From contig CM069140.1 of assembly GCA_035221665.1 (NCBI GenBank), forward strand, positions 42,160,001 to 42,224,000: a stretch of 64,000 nucleotides of DNA. The letters are read 5' to 3'. Source of the DNA: Okamejei kenojei. Lineage: Eukaryota. Both the position numbers and the translations under genes were made by a program. Of this stretch, positions 12,951-25,640 are shown one piece after another; within the stretch, counting starts at the first letter, position 1; each line of letters starts with the position of its first letter. The notes below the pieces were generated by a model, which saw only the letters and a program-made list of their open reading frames with translations, had not been told where the DNA came from and ran no database searches.

Positions 12951-14124
12951 AATGGCCATTATAAAACAAAATTCTTCCAGATTTTGCACAACCCCATAAA
13001 GTACCTAGGTTCCTTCAGTAGAGCATAATGTGAGGATCAGCCAAATGCATTTTGTACAGCAATCATTCTTCAGATAAAGCAGCTTGAAACTTGCTGACCT
13101 GTATTAAACCTGTTAAATCTGTTTTAGATCGTTCAGTATCACTTTACTTATAACTACACGATCAGCTTAAATAACTTCAATTGATTTGGTTCAAAGATTT
13201 TCACAATATCTCAAAATTTCTTCTAATCATTGTTTCCTTTTACTTTATGATCCTTCAATGATTAAATTTTTGACCTTAAAGCAGCAAATCCTCTTTCAAT
13301 ATATTTTGGTGATAGTAAATTGAGTATTTTATAAATGAGTGTGAAAACTTTAGAACTGGAAAATAAAATAGCATCCATAGTGTAAAAGTAAATAAATACT
13401 GAAAATGCGCAGAAGACCCATTCGCATCTGAAATGGAAAGACAGGTTAACATTTCTGTTCATCAGAATATTTCTGCTTATTATCCAAAGCTACTATGTTA
13501 TTTATGATCATGGTGCAGTGCTTGGGTAGTGCATGAGTCACCTATTCCGATCTGCAGCACTGGCTTCAATCCAAACTACATTTGCCCATATAACTGAGAT
13601 CTTGTCGCATTGAAGCAATGGAATTGTAGGCCCTCGCAGTGATTGTTCCTTGCCCCATGTATGCAGCGTAGGTTTATACTGGCTTACACAGACAACTGAA
13701 ATATCTTTTGAAGTGCAATAACTAATGTCTGTCAGCTCTGGTCCACTTCCTGTTTGCACCAGTACAGAAGCTGGGATTTGGCGAGATTATTCATTTTGTA
13801 CCATCAAAATATGTAACAGCATAAGAATGGTTGAGCAGTGGTCTGTTTGGCTTCTTAGCTTCTGCTACACCATTCAACAAAATCATGGCTGATCTTTTAC
13901 CTCAGGACCATTTTTCATTACTAACCCAATTAATGTCTCGTAATATCCAAATATCTACTGATCTTTGTCAAGAAGAAACTCAGCAACTGCACCTTTGCAG
14001 TCTCAAAGATCTACTGCCCTCTGCGTGAACAGATTTCTTCCAACTTCAGACCTCAATGGCCGATATAATCCAGAGGATACATTATCCTTACGTTTATCCT
14101 GTCAAGAACTAGAACGAAAACTAA

Positions 14125-14363
14125 ATTTTATCTCTGATTGCTTTGTTGTTGTTATCTTCTCCCAGCTAACAATTAACTATTCTACATTTTCCTGGATCTC
14201 CATTCCCTTTGTCCTATTTTCACACCTTCCATTTCCATATCTACATATATCCCTCTCCCCTGACATCAGTTTGAAGAAGGGTCTCGATCCAAAACGTCAC
14301 CCGTTCCTTCTCTCCAGAGATGCTCCTTTCCCACTGAGTTACTCCAGCATTTTGTGTCTATCC
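14125..14363 (+). mobile_element. Penelope 3' UTR/pLTR fragment with degenerate hammerhead motif
   Basis: cctgacatcagtttgaagaagggtctcgatccaaaacgtcacccgttccttctctccagagatgct...gagttactccagcattttgtgtctatc. Confidence 0.8.
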
Positions 14364-14374
14364 TAGAAGTCTTA

Positions 14375-14665
14375 TGGGCCTGTCCCACATAGGCAATTTT
14401 TTTTTAAGGCAACTACAAGCGAATAGTTTGTCGCCACATGTTCGCCTGAGGTAGTCGCGCAAAAGGTCGTAGCGTCTTTCTGGTCGCCGCTAAAATTGCA
14501 ACATGTTGAACATTTTTCGGCCACAGTGGGTTTCACGCCAATGAGCGTAGCTTGACTTCTCCTGAATAGGTGCTGTCGTAGGTTGTCGGCGGATTTTAGG
14601 CGACCTGCTACGACTGTGACAGTTGTTGGCAGTTGCCTAAAAAATCGCCAAGTGGGACAGGTCCA
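14375..14665. mobile_element. PIF/Harbinger-type MITE
   Basis: TTA TSD at 14372-14374 and 14666-14668; termini TGGGCCTGTCCCAC / GTGGGACAGGTCCA; CpG-rich interior. Confidence 0.9.
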
Positions 14666-15217
14666 TTATGCTTGCTTCATTGCTATCACCTCTTATTCTT
14701 ATATATTTAGGAGAGAATAGGGCCAGTCTTCCTAATTTCTCCTCAAAGAGCAACCCCATCCTCCAAATCAATCCCAAGAATAAATTTGACGAACCTTTAT
14801 GGCATACCCTTGCAGTATATTCTTCCATTGGTAGAAAAATTGATCTGTACAATGTATCAGATGCAGTTGCACGGTGGCCCACGAAATTACATTAAAATGT
14901 CTTTACTCATGTACTTCTTCTTACTGTAAAGGTCAATGCACAATTTGCCTTCCTGTTTGTTTTCTGTTCCTGCACAATTACTTTCAATGATTTGTATACA
15001 AGGAGACTGAAATGCGACAAACATCTTTCAGCTTTTCATGATATGAAAGAAATTGTGCTTCTATGACCTCACATTTTTCTACATTATTTTATATCTACCA
15101 TGCCCTCCTCATTCATTTAGCTTGTTCATATCCCCTAGAAGCCTCTCTGCACCATTCTCCTAATGCATACAGTCAGCCAGCAAGCTACCATCCACAAAGC
15201 CGGATAGGCAGCATAGT

Positions 15218-15337
15218 GGGTCTCGACCCGAAATTTCATCCATTCCTTCTCTCCAGAGATGCTGCCTGTCCCGCTGAGTTACTCCAGGATTTTGTGTCTA
15301 TCTTTGGTTTAAGCCAGCATCTGCAGTTCCTTCTTAC
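15218..15337 (+). mobile_element. Solo Penelope pLTR with TSD
   Basis: gggtctcgacccgaaa...gcatctgcagttccttcttac, flanked by ataggcagcatagt (15204-15217) and atatgtagcatagt (15338-15351). Confidence 0.8.
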
Positions 15338-16008
15338 ATATGTAGCATAGTTGGTTTCCTTGTTTAAATCGGTGATATAGATTATGGCCTGCTGGGACCC
15401 CAGCTCTGATGTTTGTAGCACCCGATCAGTCACAACATCACAAACTGAAAATTACCTGTTTATTTCCACTGTTTTTTGCCTCTTAACTAATCTTCAATCC
15501 CAGTATATTAACCTCAATCACATGTGCTCCAATTTTGTTCAATACATTTTCATGTGACATACAATCTAAGCTGTTTGGAAGTCCAGTATATCGATTGCAT
15601 CCACTGGCAGAGTTTCTATCTGCAAGATCAAGATTTGTGCAGAAATCCTGAAATGGGCAAATCTTGACTGAATGCAGATGAGAACACGAATGTGTTGGAA
15701 GAATCTAGCAAAGTTCATACCGCTATTCCCTGATTTTCACAGCAGTTGCAAGTTTCTTTAGTATCTGAACATCAGGATATCTGGTAGAATACAAAATAGC
15801 TCCTTAATAATCATCTTTTTGGCTTCCTCACTCAAATTCTTTCGTCAATGTGGTTAGAACAGTTAAGTTTTCTCTCTCTGCCTTTGCAGGAAAATTAAAC
15901 TGTGTGTTGCTAAACCCCAACAAATTTCATTCTGCCTTATAAATCAAGAGTTATGTTTAAGTGAGCTTTACTAAAAATGTTCCCATTATATCTAAAGACT
16001 TTTGGGTT

Positions 16009-16707
16009 ACACAAAAGGCTGGAGAAACTCAGCGGGTGCAGCAGCATCTAAGGAGCGAAGGAGATAGGCAACGTTTCTGGTCGAGACCCTGGTCAGGGAT
16101 CAGGGAAACGAGAGATATAGACGGTGATGTGGAGAGATAAAGAACAATGAATGAAAGATATGCAAAAAAGTATCGATGATAAAGGGAACAAGCCATTGTA
16201 AGCTGTTTGTGGTGTGAAAATGAGAAGCTGGTGCGACTGGGGTGGGGGAGGGAGATAGAGATAAAGGGAATGCCAGGGCCCGAGGGCTGAGGGAGAGGTG
16301 GGAAGGGGAGGAGGCAGCAAGGGTTAACAGAATTGAGAAAATTCAATGTTCAAGCCCAAAGGATGCAGACTCCCCAAGCGGAATATGAGGTGCTGCTCCT
16401 CCAACTTAAGGTGTTGCTCACACTGGCCGTGGAGGAGGCCCAGGACCGAGAGGTCGGATACGGAATGGGAGGGGGAGTTGAAGTGCTGAGCCACCGGGAG
16501 GTCGGGTTGGTTTTTGCGGACCGAGCGGAAGTGTTCGGCGAAACGATCGCCAAGCCTCTGCTTGGTCTCACCGATATAGATCATCTGGCATCTGGAGCAG
16601 CGGATGCAGTAGATGAGGTTGGGGGAGGTGCAGGTGAACCTCTGTCGGACCTGGAAGGACTGCTTGGGTCCCTGAAAGGAGTGGAGGGGGTAGGTGAAGG
16701 GTGAGGT
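16009..16707 (-). mobile_element. 5'-truncated Penelope-like element with open GIY-YIG endonuclease domain
   Basis: Open frame ending at 16324: QGPKQSFQVRQRFTCTSPNLIYCIRCSRCQMIYIGETKQRLGDRFAEH...KLEEQHLIFRLGSLHPLGLNIE (LIY-CxxC-YIG, conserved R/H/E/N), then 3' UTR and pLTR. No RT present. Confidence 0.92.
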
Positions 16708-18517
16708 CCTTGTTTTTAGATGGCGTGACATGATCTGTTACACAGTTGCGGGTTAAAGTCTGTAGAACTTTAATGAACTGGCCTAGGAATTCTTTGGTGA
16801 CTGATCAGAGTGATGTTCAGATTGGAGATGATCAGATTGTAATTGAGGAACTGTAGGTTTAGTAATCCCAAGGAAAAAAGTTATTTAATGAAAGTAGGTT
16901 TACTTGTAGCTGATTCCCAACTCCATGGTCTGCCCATAGTCAGGTAGGTCCCCTTTAACTTAAGCCAAAACAGGTCTCCCATTACTGGTAAAGATTGTGC
17001 TTATTGATGCGAGTCTCACATCAGCAAGTTCCACATTTACTGTTGAAAATGACCTGAGTGACAACAGATATGCATTATAGGTCATTGAACACTGCCTGCA
17101 TCCAGTTGTTTCTCGCCATTTACATTTGTGAGGAATAGAGGATCAGGATGAAAAATCCTAGTCTTAATAAATCTCTGACATTTCTTTCCAGGGAAATTTG
17201 ATTCAGATAAATAAATGTGAAGGCCACTGCCATTTGAGACTGCAAAGATTCCTTGTTATTGTGGTAGTGACAGTCTGGATTATGTATTGAAATCTTTGAA
17301 TAGGAACCCATAGCTTCTTCATCAAAATTTGAAGACTCCCAAATGAATAAAGATGACAGTACATATAAAAGTCATTTCATTAGAAATGATGCAAAACATA
17401 AAGACTATCACTCTGATTTACAACACCTTTATTCACTGTTCAATCACTGAGCAAAGTGCAGATGAATAGAGACCCAAAGTTGTTGGTTTCATACCTAGAT
17501 GATTGGGTAAAAATATCATGAGTGTCCTAGATAGCTCCATACATTAATATGCAGTGTAGTTCAGAGGAGTTGTTTCTCTAAAATGATGTCATATTGATAG
17601 ACAAAATAAATCTGACATTTGCTTGTGTAAAAGTCAAGACAGGTGATCAAATTTCTAAATCTTGTAATTAAAAAGGTATTAAAGGTTACAGCAGAATTAG
17701 AGAATTGCAAGTAGTCCATTTTGTGAAATAATGGTGTTGGCAAACCAACATATGTATGGTAGTCCACGATAATTCCAATGTGAAATCTATCATTCCAGCG
17801 ATATAATCTTTTGAAACTGGTGAGGGTTTCAATCAGTTTCCCTCTTCGATCGAGTGCAAAACTTTAAGCACTTCAGATTATGCATTGTGTTCTGGAAACG
17901 TGGAGTATATTTTTCACGAGTCTTTGCCAAAGCAAGATTCCATCAGCTAATGTTATCTGGAGTTTTCTGGACTTTCATCTATGTACCCATACATGAAGAA
18001 ATGAATTAGGCTGCTGGAGCAATGTTGAGACTAAATTTTATGGTATACTATTTATGTTCCTTCCTTTTGCAAGGAAATAAAATCACAGTAAATGATCTTT
18101 TGTCATTTTATTTATTTATTTATTTATTAGAACTACGTGCATTACATTTTGATGGTACCTTTTTACAGGTTCCCAGAATTATTAACACATTCTTTGTACA
18201 ACTTCCTTTTTTTTAGAACGAAATGAGAAAGAAAGAAGTAGTGAAGAGTAAAGGATAGTCTAGTGAGTGTGGTGTAAAGAAAGAAATAAGTGAGAAAGTG
18301 AAGCAGAAAGGAGATTCTCCCACGCCACAAGTCGATGTTTTTTTATATTCTTAATCATTTTTCGCACAAACCCAAAATTTTTAATTTTACAATGCTATTG
18401 CACCACATGAATGATCTTGGAAAGCAATGAAAAATGAATGTAAATACTGCTGCTCAAATATTACAGCACCGTCAAAATATTATTGCCCAAAGATTCATCC
18501 TTGGATGGTAGAGCTTA

Positions 18518-18862
18518 AGGGGCTGTCCCACTTAGGCGACCTAATTGGCGAGTTTAGAAGAGTTTGAAAAAATGACATATTGAAGACCTCCTTCGACTAT
18601 GTAGAAGACCTCCTTCGACCTCCTTCGACTATGTTGAAGACCAGCTTCGACTAGCTACGACTAACTTCGGGAAAATTGGACACCGAACAGTGGAGAGTGA
18701 AGACAATCTCCTTCGACCTCCCTTCGACTATGATGAAGACTAACATGAAGACTAACTACCTTCGACTACCCTCGATTACCTACGGCTAACATGCCGACCT
18801 ACCACGACTAAACCTACGAGTAAAAAAAGTATCGATTTTTCCATGGCGACCTTTTTTTACTC
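18518..18862 (+). mobile_element. Truncated Harbinger-type MITE (left terminus only)
   Basis: TTA|AGGGGCTGTCCCACTTAGGCGAC; 18760-18862 matches 63060-63181 of the MITE at 62616 (…ttccatggcgacctttttttactc). No right TIR. Confidence 0.8.
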
Positions 18863-19741
18863 AGTTATATCAGGAGGACAAATAATTTAATCCTTGGAAT
18901 AACTTGTGAAGTGGAAGGAGCCCAATAAACATCTACAAGAGGTGATTCCTCCCGGACAACTGCACAAGGTTTTACGGTAGAAAGGTCTACCTTCATTTTA
19001 TCTCAGTAGCTGCCACAGAATTTTGTCTAACTTTGTACATGGAAATTGTTATGTCAAGAAAAATATTGCACTTGGGTGTGAGCTAACTATTTAGATTTCA
19101 TAGATATCTGTGAGCTTTTGAAAGATACTGAGAGGTTGTACATCGAATTAAGATTGAACATTAAACATTGCATTGTGGCTATTTCTTACCAGACAGAACC
19201 TCAGAATAAATTGATGGTAAATTTAATGTAATATCACATGCAAAAGATAGTGTTGGAGTTATCACAGTAATTTGGATTAGCAAAGGAATTTAGAGAAGAT
19301 AGTAGTTTATCTTGAATGGTATCTTGTCTTGCGTGCTTGTGCTTTGCAACTCCAGATGGTTCAAGCAATTAAGTGTTAATTTCTTTTCTGCTACTGTTTG
19401 TATTATCTTTTCTTTTCGTTGTTTTTTCATGGATGGCTCCTTTGACTTTAGGTGTTGCACTACAGTGTCTCAAAAATATCTAAATACAAATTGATGCACG
19501 GGAACAAAGAAATTGACTGAAGTTTTACATTACAAATCTATAATCTCATACTTAACATTCTGGTTTTTGAACTTTTTTTAATTGTCTTTCCTTAACCAGT
19601 GTGCAAATTTACACTTGCGTATCTCTGAGCTTCATTTTCATTAATTCCCCATTTTTGATGGGTGTTTTTCAACTTTTTAATCTCTTGTAAACTTTCTCTC
19701 ACAAATACAAATACAAGCTATAGAATCGCTTAAATGGCACC

Positions 19742-20125
19742 CCATTCACTCAGTCCCCCACCAACGCAGAGCAGCAGCAGTTTGTACCGTCTACAGGATG
19801 TACTGCAGCAACTCACCACGACTCCTTACAAACCCATGACCTCTATTGGTGGGAGGCACAAGGGGAGCAAAATTAAGAGAACATCACCACCCCGAAAGTT
19901 GCCCCTCAAGCCACACATATCCCGTCATGGAAACATATTGCCTTCGCTGGGTCACAATCCTGAAACTCTCTCCCAAACAGCATTGTGGGTATACACACAC
20001 ACGCGCACACACACACCTCAGGGTCTGCAGTGGATCACCACCACCTTATCAAAGGAAATTAGGGATGGGCAATTAAATGCTGCCACAGCTTGCGAAGCTC
20101 AAGGCCCTTCAATGAAAACCAATAT
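19742..20125 (+). mobile_element. CR1/L2-group LINE 3' end (second family)
   Basis: gtaccgtctacaggatgtactgcagcaactc...gctgggtcacaatcctgaaactc...caccaccacctt...aattagggatgggcaattaaatgctg matches, from memory, a common elasmobranch LINE 3' end. Clade uncertain. Confidence 0.65.
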
Positions 20126-20399
20126 AAAAAAAGAATGCAGAGTGACGGGGACAGGGACTGACGGGGTCAGAGTGACGGGGCCCCAGATCAATGGAGAAGG
20201 TGTGAAACGTTTGGAGCTTTGACGACTGATTAGCATTTTTGCAACTTCAGGGGATGACTGTGGGAGTGACTTGACAATGAAGAATGATAGAAAGCATGTG
20301 GAGCTGTGAGGCGTGATGGGTGCATCCAGAGATTTGGAGATTGATGGGAGGAGGCCTGAGTTGTGATCTGTGGAGAATGATTGGAGTGTTGTTTGGAAC

Positions 20400-20501
20400 G
20401 AAGGTAGACACAAAATGCTGGAGTAACTCAGTGGAACAGGCAGCATCTCTGTTGGGAAGAAAGGGTGATGTTTCGGGTCAAGATCCTTCGTCAGACTGAA
20501 C
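20400..20501 (-). mobile_element. Solo Penelope pLTR with hammerhead-like motif and TSD
   Basis: Minus strand CTGACGAAGGATCTTGACCCGAAACATC; perfect 10-bp direct repeat tgtttggaac at 20390-20399 and 20502-20511. Confidence 0.85.
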
Positions 20502-21309
20502 TGTTTGGAACTGTGGGTAGTGGCAAAAAGAGTGAATTATTCGTACAAAATATTCAACACTTATTGTTTCACCTGACAACTATCTGCAGCAATTCATTTA
20601 TTTTGTTGATGTTGACGGTGCAGAAATTATGGCAGAATGTAATTGAAGGGCTGTGGCTTCTTGTCCTGAGAATTATTGGATTAAAGAACGTTGCAATCAT
20701 TAGTTTTCATTCACTATCTATTTTACAAACTTGTAAAATCTTCCACATGCTGTTCGGATAAACCTTCATTGAAGTTTTAGCTTGATTTACTTTTAACTAA
20801 ATATTAACACAATTTGCTTGATTAAAAATAAGTTTGATTCACCTAGATTAAAGTGAAAGAAGCAAAGACTCCTAAAGTAAAGTTTGTAAGGCAGCCACAA
20901 TGTTTTGACAAACACGTATTAAATACCACCATTGGTAACATGTCCATACAACATGGTTGAAATACTTGGCGTAGGTGATTGGAGAACAGCCAAGAAGGTG
21001 ATCAGGAATCATTGCACAATTGAACAGAGGTGCTGATTACAATCCCAGAGTGACTTATGATTGCATAAGGTACATGGTTCTAATACCTACTTAGCAGTTA
21101 TCTGGTCATTATTTAATCACTTAAGATCAGTAAAAGTTTTTAAATGTGGAGAAATTAATATTTGGGAATGAATTTGCTGTTGAGAAGCATACACTTCTTG
21201 TACATGGCCTTTTGATACAGAGCATAGAAGCAAGACCACGTCACAAATAGTGCTGCGGATCGGACTAGTTCTGTTAGTGGCCCATGCCATTTTCATGCTT
21301 CGAGTAACC

Positions 21310-22155
21310 CTGATTGACGTTGGCAGTCTGGTAGACTTTGTCTACGTGGACTTTAGCAATGCCTTTGACAGGAAACTGCATTGCAGGCTGGTCTGGAAAG
21401 TTGCATTTCGTGAAATCCAAGGGAAGCTAAGCAATTGGATACAAAATCGGTTTGCAGGGAGTGATAGAGGATTGTTCCTCAGGCTGGAGGCCTGTAACAA
21501 GTGGTGCACCAAGGGGATCAGTGTTGGCTCCACTGTTATTCATTATTTATATTAAAGATTTGGATGTTAATGTAGGTGGCATGCTGTGTATGTTTGTGGT
21601 TGGCACTAGAATTAGTGGTATAGACAGTTGGGGTTACAGTTAATGTGGGCTCTTGATAAACTGGGACAATAGGCTGAGGAATGGCAGATGGAGTTTAATT
21701 CAGATAAATGCAAGTGATTGCATTTTAGTGGGGCAAACTAGGGCAGGAGTTGCACAATAAGCGGTAGGGATGCAGAGAGTGTTGCCAAGCAGCGAGAGCT
21801 AAGGGTGTAAGTACATAGATCCATGAAGGTGGCAACACAGTTCCAGAAGGCAGTGAAGAAGGCGTTTGACACGCTTGCCTTCAAGGGTCAGGGTAATTGA
21901 GTACAGGGGTTGGAATTTCATGTTACTGCTGTGCAAGACATTGGTAAGGCCACAGTGTTACAGTTATGGTTGCACTTTTATAGAAAGGATATCATTATAC
22001 TGAAAATGGTGAAAACAATGATTATTGATGTTACTGAGTCTGGAGGGTTTGAGTTAGAAGGGGCGACTGGATAGGCAGAGTATTTTATCCCAGCTTGCAA
22101 CTAAGTCAGCATGGATGAGTTGGGTGCAGGGCCTATTTCCATGCTCCATGACGCT
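21310..22155 (+). mobile_element. CR1 LINE RT to 3' end (degenerate)
   Basis: VDFVYVDFSNAFD, WRPVTSGAPRGSVLAPLLFIIYIKDLD, WQMEFN.DKC, LVRP; many stops and frameshifts. Confidence 0.85.
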
Positions 22156-23802
22156 CACACTGGTTTTCAGTAACATTTAGAGGAATCCATGAAGAATCTC
22201 TGGCTTTGCACCCTGAGAACTTGCAGTGTTTTTGAAACATGCAGCATATTGTCAATTGATTAGCACAGGCCACTGCATAGCCAACTGTGATGGCATATGC
22301 ACAACTCTAATACAGTTTCTTTGTATCTCTTCAAGTTGTACAGTCAAAGGATATCTCCCCGGGATTGCATTGCTTGGGCATTTTCATGTGCTTGGTACTC
22401 GTTGCTCCCATTTATTGTCTTCTTATGTTTATTAAATGATACGGCTGTATATGGACAACATCAGAAATACAGTTCTCCCTTATTCATCTGCACTCCAAAA
22501 TGTAAATGATATGACATTTATAGGATTGCTTGAACCTGAAGCCCATGAAGGAGTGGATTTATAACTATGCTGTCAAGTTGAGATTGTTTGTTGAATATAT
22601 TAAATGTGAGGAGTTAATTTTGAACGTTTGCACTTTGTGTCTGCAATGAATACAAAGCCCACAAGTAGGTTACTGTTCCATGTTTGGAGCATCATAGAGA
22701 AGAATAATACAGCTAGGACTTCCAAACCTGGGTAAAAAAAGCTGTTCATAAATAGAACTATAAGCCATCAAAAAGTAAAAACTATTTGCTAAGCACGTGG
22801 TTCCTTTGATATGGTGAATTCAAGCATTATTTATCTTAGTAGTAATATTTTGTTTGGCAGGGACAAACAAAGAAATATTTTTTTACTTTATATAAACAAA
22901 GAATTCTGGAATATGATTCTAAATTTACTGTACGTGAATTTCATGCTAATTAAAGAGTTAATATTCAATTTGCCATGTGTATTGGATAAATATGTTGAGC
23001 TTGGAATAATGGTGTGAATAGAGAGATATAGAAATGGACAATTAACCTACAGCATTTCTAAATGAATATGGATTTTCTTTTGCATATAGCGTGAGTAGTA
23101 TATAAGTGGTTGCGTGGTTGCAAGTCAGGCTTGAGCAGGATATAGTGCGGTAAGTGATCAAATTTCTTTGAGATGGAAGTACTGTACAGAGTATTTTCAA
23201 GCAGGGTCAGGTCTAATCATCTCAGCTGCCATAAAGTCTGCTTTCAGCATTGTATCTGAGCATTGCCCACAGAGAATGATTTCCCCAAATGAAGACCTTA
23301 CACCTAACACTGCATATGGAACAGTACAAAGCAGTGTGGAGATTAGACAGGAATGCTGAGCTTGGAAACGTGGCAGTTTACAGCTCAGTATGGTTTGAAT
23401 TATGACTCCTAAGCCACAATAGGGAAAGACAACTGCAAACTGTGGTCTGTGCACAGTTTCTTTGAAATAAAAAACAAACCACTTTCCTTTTTTTTGAAAA
23501 TCTGACCAATTTACTTAACAAAGCATATGCTGCTACCAGCTGACCATTCTGCACTCCTATTGATACCACAAACCACTCAATGTGGTTATTGAAATTCAGC
23601 CCAGATATTCCAATACTTAGCACTCAGAAACTTTATTTTTGCACCAACTAATTCTTTGGAACATTGCTACAACTCAAGAAACCCACAAACAAACTGGACC
23701 TGCCCCTGCTTGTGTCTTTACCACAAATTACAGGCTTGCAATAATTTAGTAAAGTATAATTATTTAATGTAGTCTTTGGTGTGGAAAGCAGAATCGTTTA
23801 TA

Positions 23803-24817
23803 CAGGCACCCCGACTTGCATACTAGGTGACTTATGTAAACTCGTACTTACATAAGCAATTTTTTAAGGCCACTGCTTCATTTCCGTGTTGCACATTTCG
23901 GTAGCAGTGTGCTCTTGTGCAAGCGCCCTCTTCGGCTAGCCAGTCAGCTGTTCTCCAGGATGCTCCCACTTGGTCTACACGTCAGAGCTCCACTGCAGAC
24001 TCTCCATTGAATAGTAAACTTATGGGCCTGTCCCACTTAGGCGACTTTTTAGGCAACTGCAGGAGACTATGCAGACGCCACATGGTCGCCACATGTTCGC
24101 GGGTGGTTGCCGGGGAGTTGCCTTCATGGTTGTGAGGAGTTCCCACATTCTGGGAACTAGTCGCGACCTCATTATGGTCACTGCAAATTTTTCAACGTTG
24201 AAAAATTAGCGCCGACCAGAATGAAGCCGCCATGGAGAGTAACGAGAATTCTTGTGCCGTAGGTGCAGTGGTGGTGGGTTGCCAGGAGGTCGAAGGTTGT
24301 CGTAGGTTCTCGTAGGTTGTAGCTGACCGGTGAATGTCATTGGCTCATTGGGGAAAAAAATACCTAAGCAGTAATTTTCGGAACTTAGGATAACCGATCA
24401 GTAATGTTGATGTCTGCCAAGCTTCACATCCGTGTATCTCTGGCTTCTGAAAAGTTGTCTCCACTCCTTCTCCCCCCTCCCCCCCCTCTTTTAAAGGACT
24501 TACGTGACCCTTCCCGTACACTGTGCTTTCACCGTCATAATTACAGCGCCAACCTTCCTGTTCATCACGGTGTGTGTTTGTATCATATTGGCTTTGCACC
24601 GTGTGAATTTCATTCAGACAGCGCTCAACCCGCTTGCCTTGTCCCCCACCTGCATAACGGCCTGGTTATGGAAGCAACGTGTGTCGCCTGAAAAATTGCC
24701 TAATTGGAACAGGCCCATTACGCTTGTGCAGTAGCACTTCCATTTCCGATTTCTGTAAAATCTGACTTACACAATGGTCTGGGGGATGTTACCCTTGTGT
24801 AAGTTGGGGAGCGTCTG
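23803..24817. mobile_element. Old Tigger/pogo-like element hosting a Harbinger MITE
   Basis: TA|CAGGCACCCCGACTT...GACTTATGTAAACTCGTACTTAC on the left and GACTTACAC...GTAAGTTGGGGAGCGTCTG on the right are imperfect inverted termini of Tigger type. Confidence 0.55.
24023..24717 (-). mobile_element. PIF/Harbinger-type MITE (695 bp)
   Basis: TTA TSD at 24020-24022 and 24718-24720; termini TGGGCCTGTCCCACTTAGGCGACTTTTT / AAAAATTGCCTAATTGGAACAGGCCCA. Reverse-complement relative of 29522-30095. Confidence 0.92.
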
Positions 24818-25284
24818 CATTTCGGTACATATTAGTTTGCTAAAGATGGTAGTTGCTCAGGACTCCTTAAATAAACTAACAGAGATAATCCTTAGAACAA
24901 TGACTTTCAATTATGCAGTACCTTTAATGTAGGTGCAATCAAAAAACGATTGAGTAATGGTTACTTGGAGACGGCAATTAATATTGGTTGTAATATAACT
25001 GAAGAAGATAACATTCAATTAAAATGACAGTTTTTGGAAGGTCCTAAAGAAACAATGGTAGATGAAGAGACGATAAAGAATTGATTGAGACAGGGCATTA
25101 GGGCATATTTCGAAGAGAGTATGGTGTTTACTGGATTGACTAAATTCCTAAGTTTTGCCATGGTAAGTTGACACATCAACAGTGGTTGGAATCAATGACA
25201 GATTTACAATATTTGAGGCAAGAACTGATGATGATAACGTTAGTCTGCATGGTGGCGCAGCGGTAGAGTTGCTGCCTTCCAGTA

Positions 25285-25446
25285 GAAAGATAAAACATAG
25301 GTGCAGGAGGCCATTCAGCCCTTCGAACCATTAAACGTGATCATGGCTGATCATCCAAAATCAGTACCCCTCTCCTGCTTTCTCCCCATATCCCTTGATT
25401 CCGTTAGCCCAAAGAGTTATATCTAACTCTCTCTTGAATACATCAA
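25285..25446 (-). mobile_element. HER1-type CR1 LINE 3' end
   Basis: Minus frame DVFKRELDITLWANGIKGYGEKAGEGY* matches the ORF2 end at 40735-40814, followed by the gatcagccatgatc tail. Confidence 0.85.
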
Positions 25447-25640
25447 TACAGTTTACAATTTTATCAAAGCCAATTATCCTACAAACCTGTACATCTTTGG
25501 AGTGTGGAGGAAACAGGAGCACCCGGAGAAAACAGACGCGGTCACAGGGAGAATGTACAAATTCTGTATAGACAGCACCTGTAATCAGGATCGAACCCGG
25601 GTCTCTGGTGCTGTAAGGCAGCAACTGTACCACTGTGCCT
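25447..25640 (-). mobile_element. HE1-type V-SINE, head and V domain
   Basis: Reverse complement of the SINE at 37954, with B box GGTTCGATCC and the V domain. A short + strand SINE head also lies at 25247-25283. Confidence 0.85.

Larger units (their letters stand above)
13820..15620 (-). mobile_element. Old CR1 LINE, interrupted by younger insertions
   Basis: 13820-13900 (ccattcaacaaaatcatggctgatc) is the reverse of the CR1 3' tail seen at 40820-40880. Degenerate RT C-terminal sequence continues at 14670-15620. Confidence 0.55.

Noticed and set aside
16333-16704. 123-aa plus-strand ORF
   Set aside because: Antisense shadow of the GC-rich Penelope GIY-YIG frame.
18578-18790. CRISPR-like array
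   Set aside because: The repeats are short, degenerate and irregularly spaced with no unique spacers, and lie inside a MITE in eukaryotic DNA.
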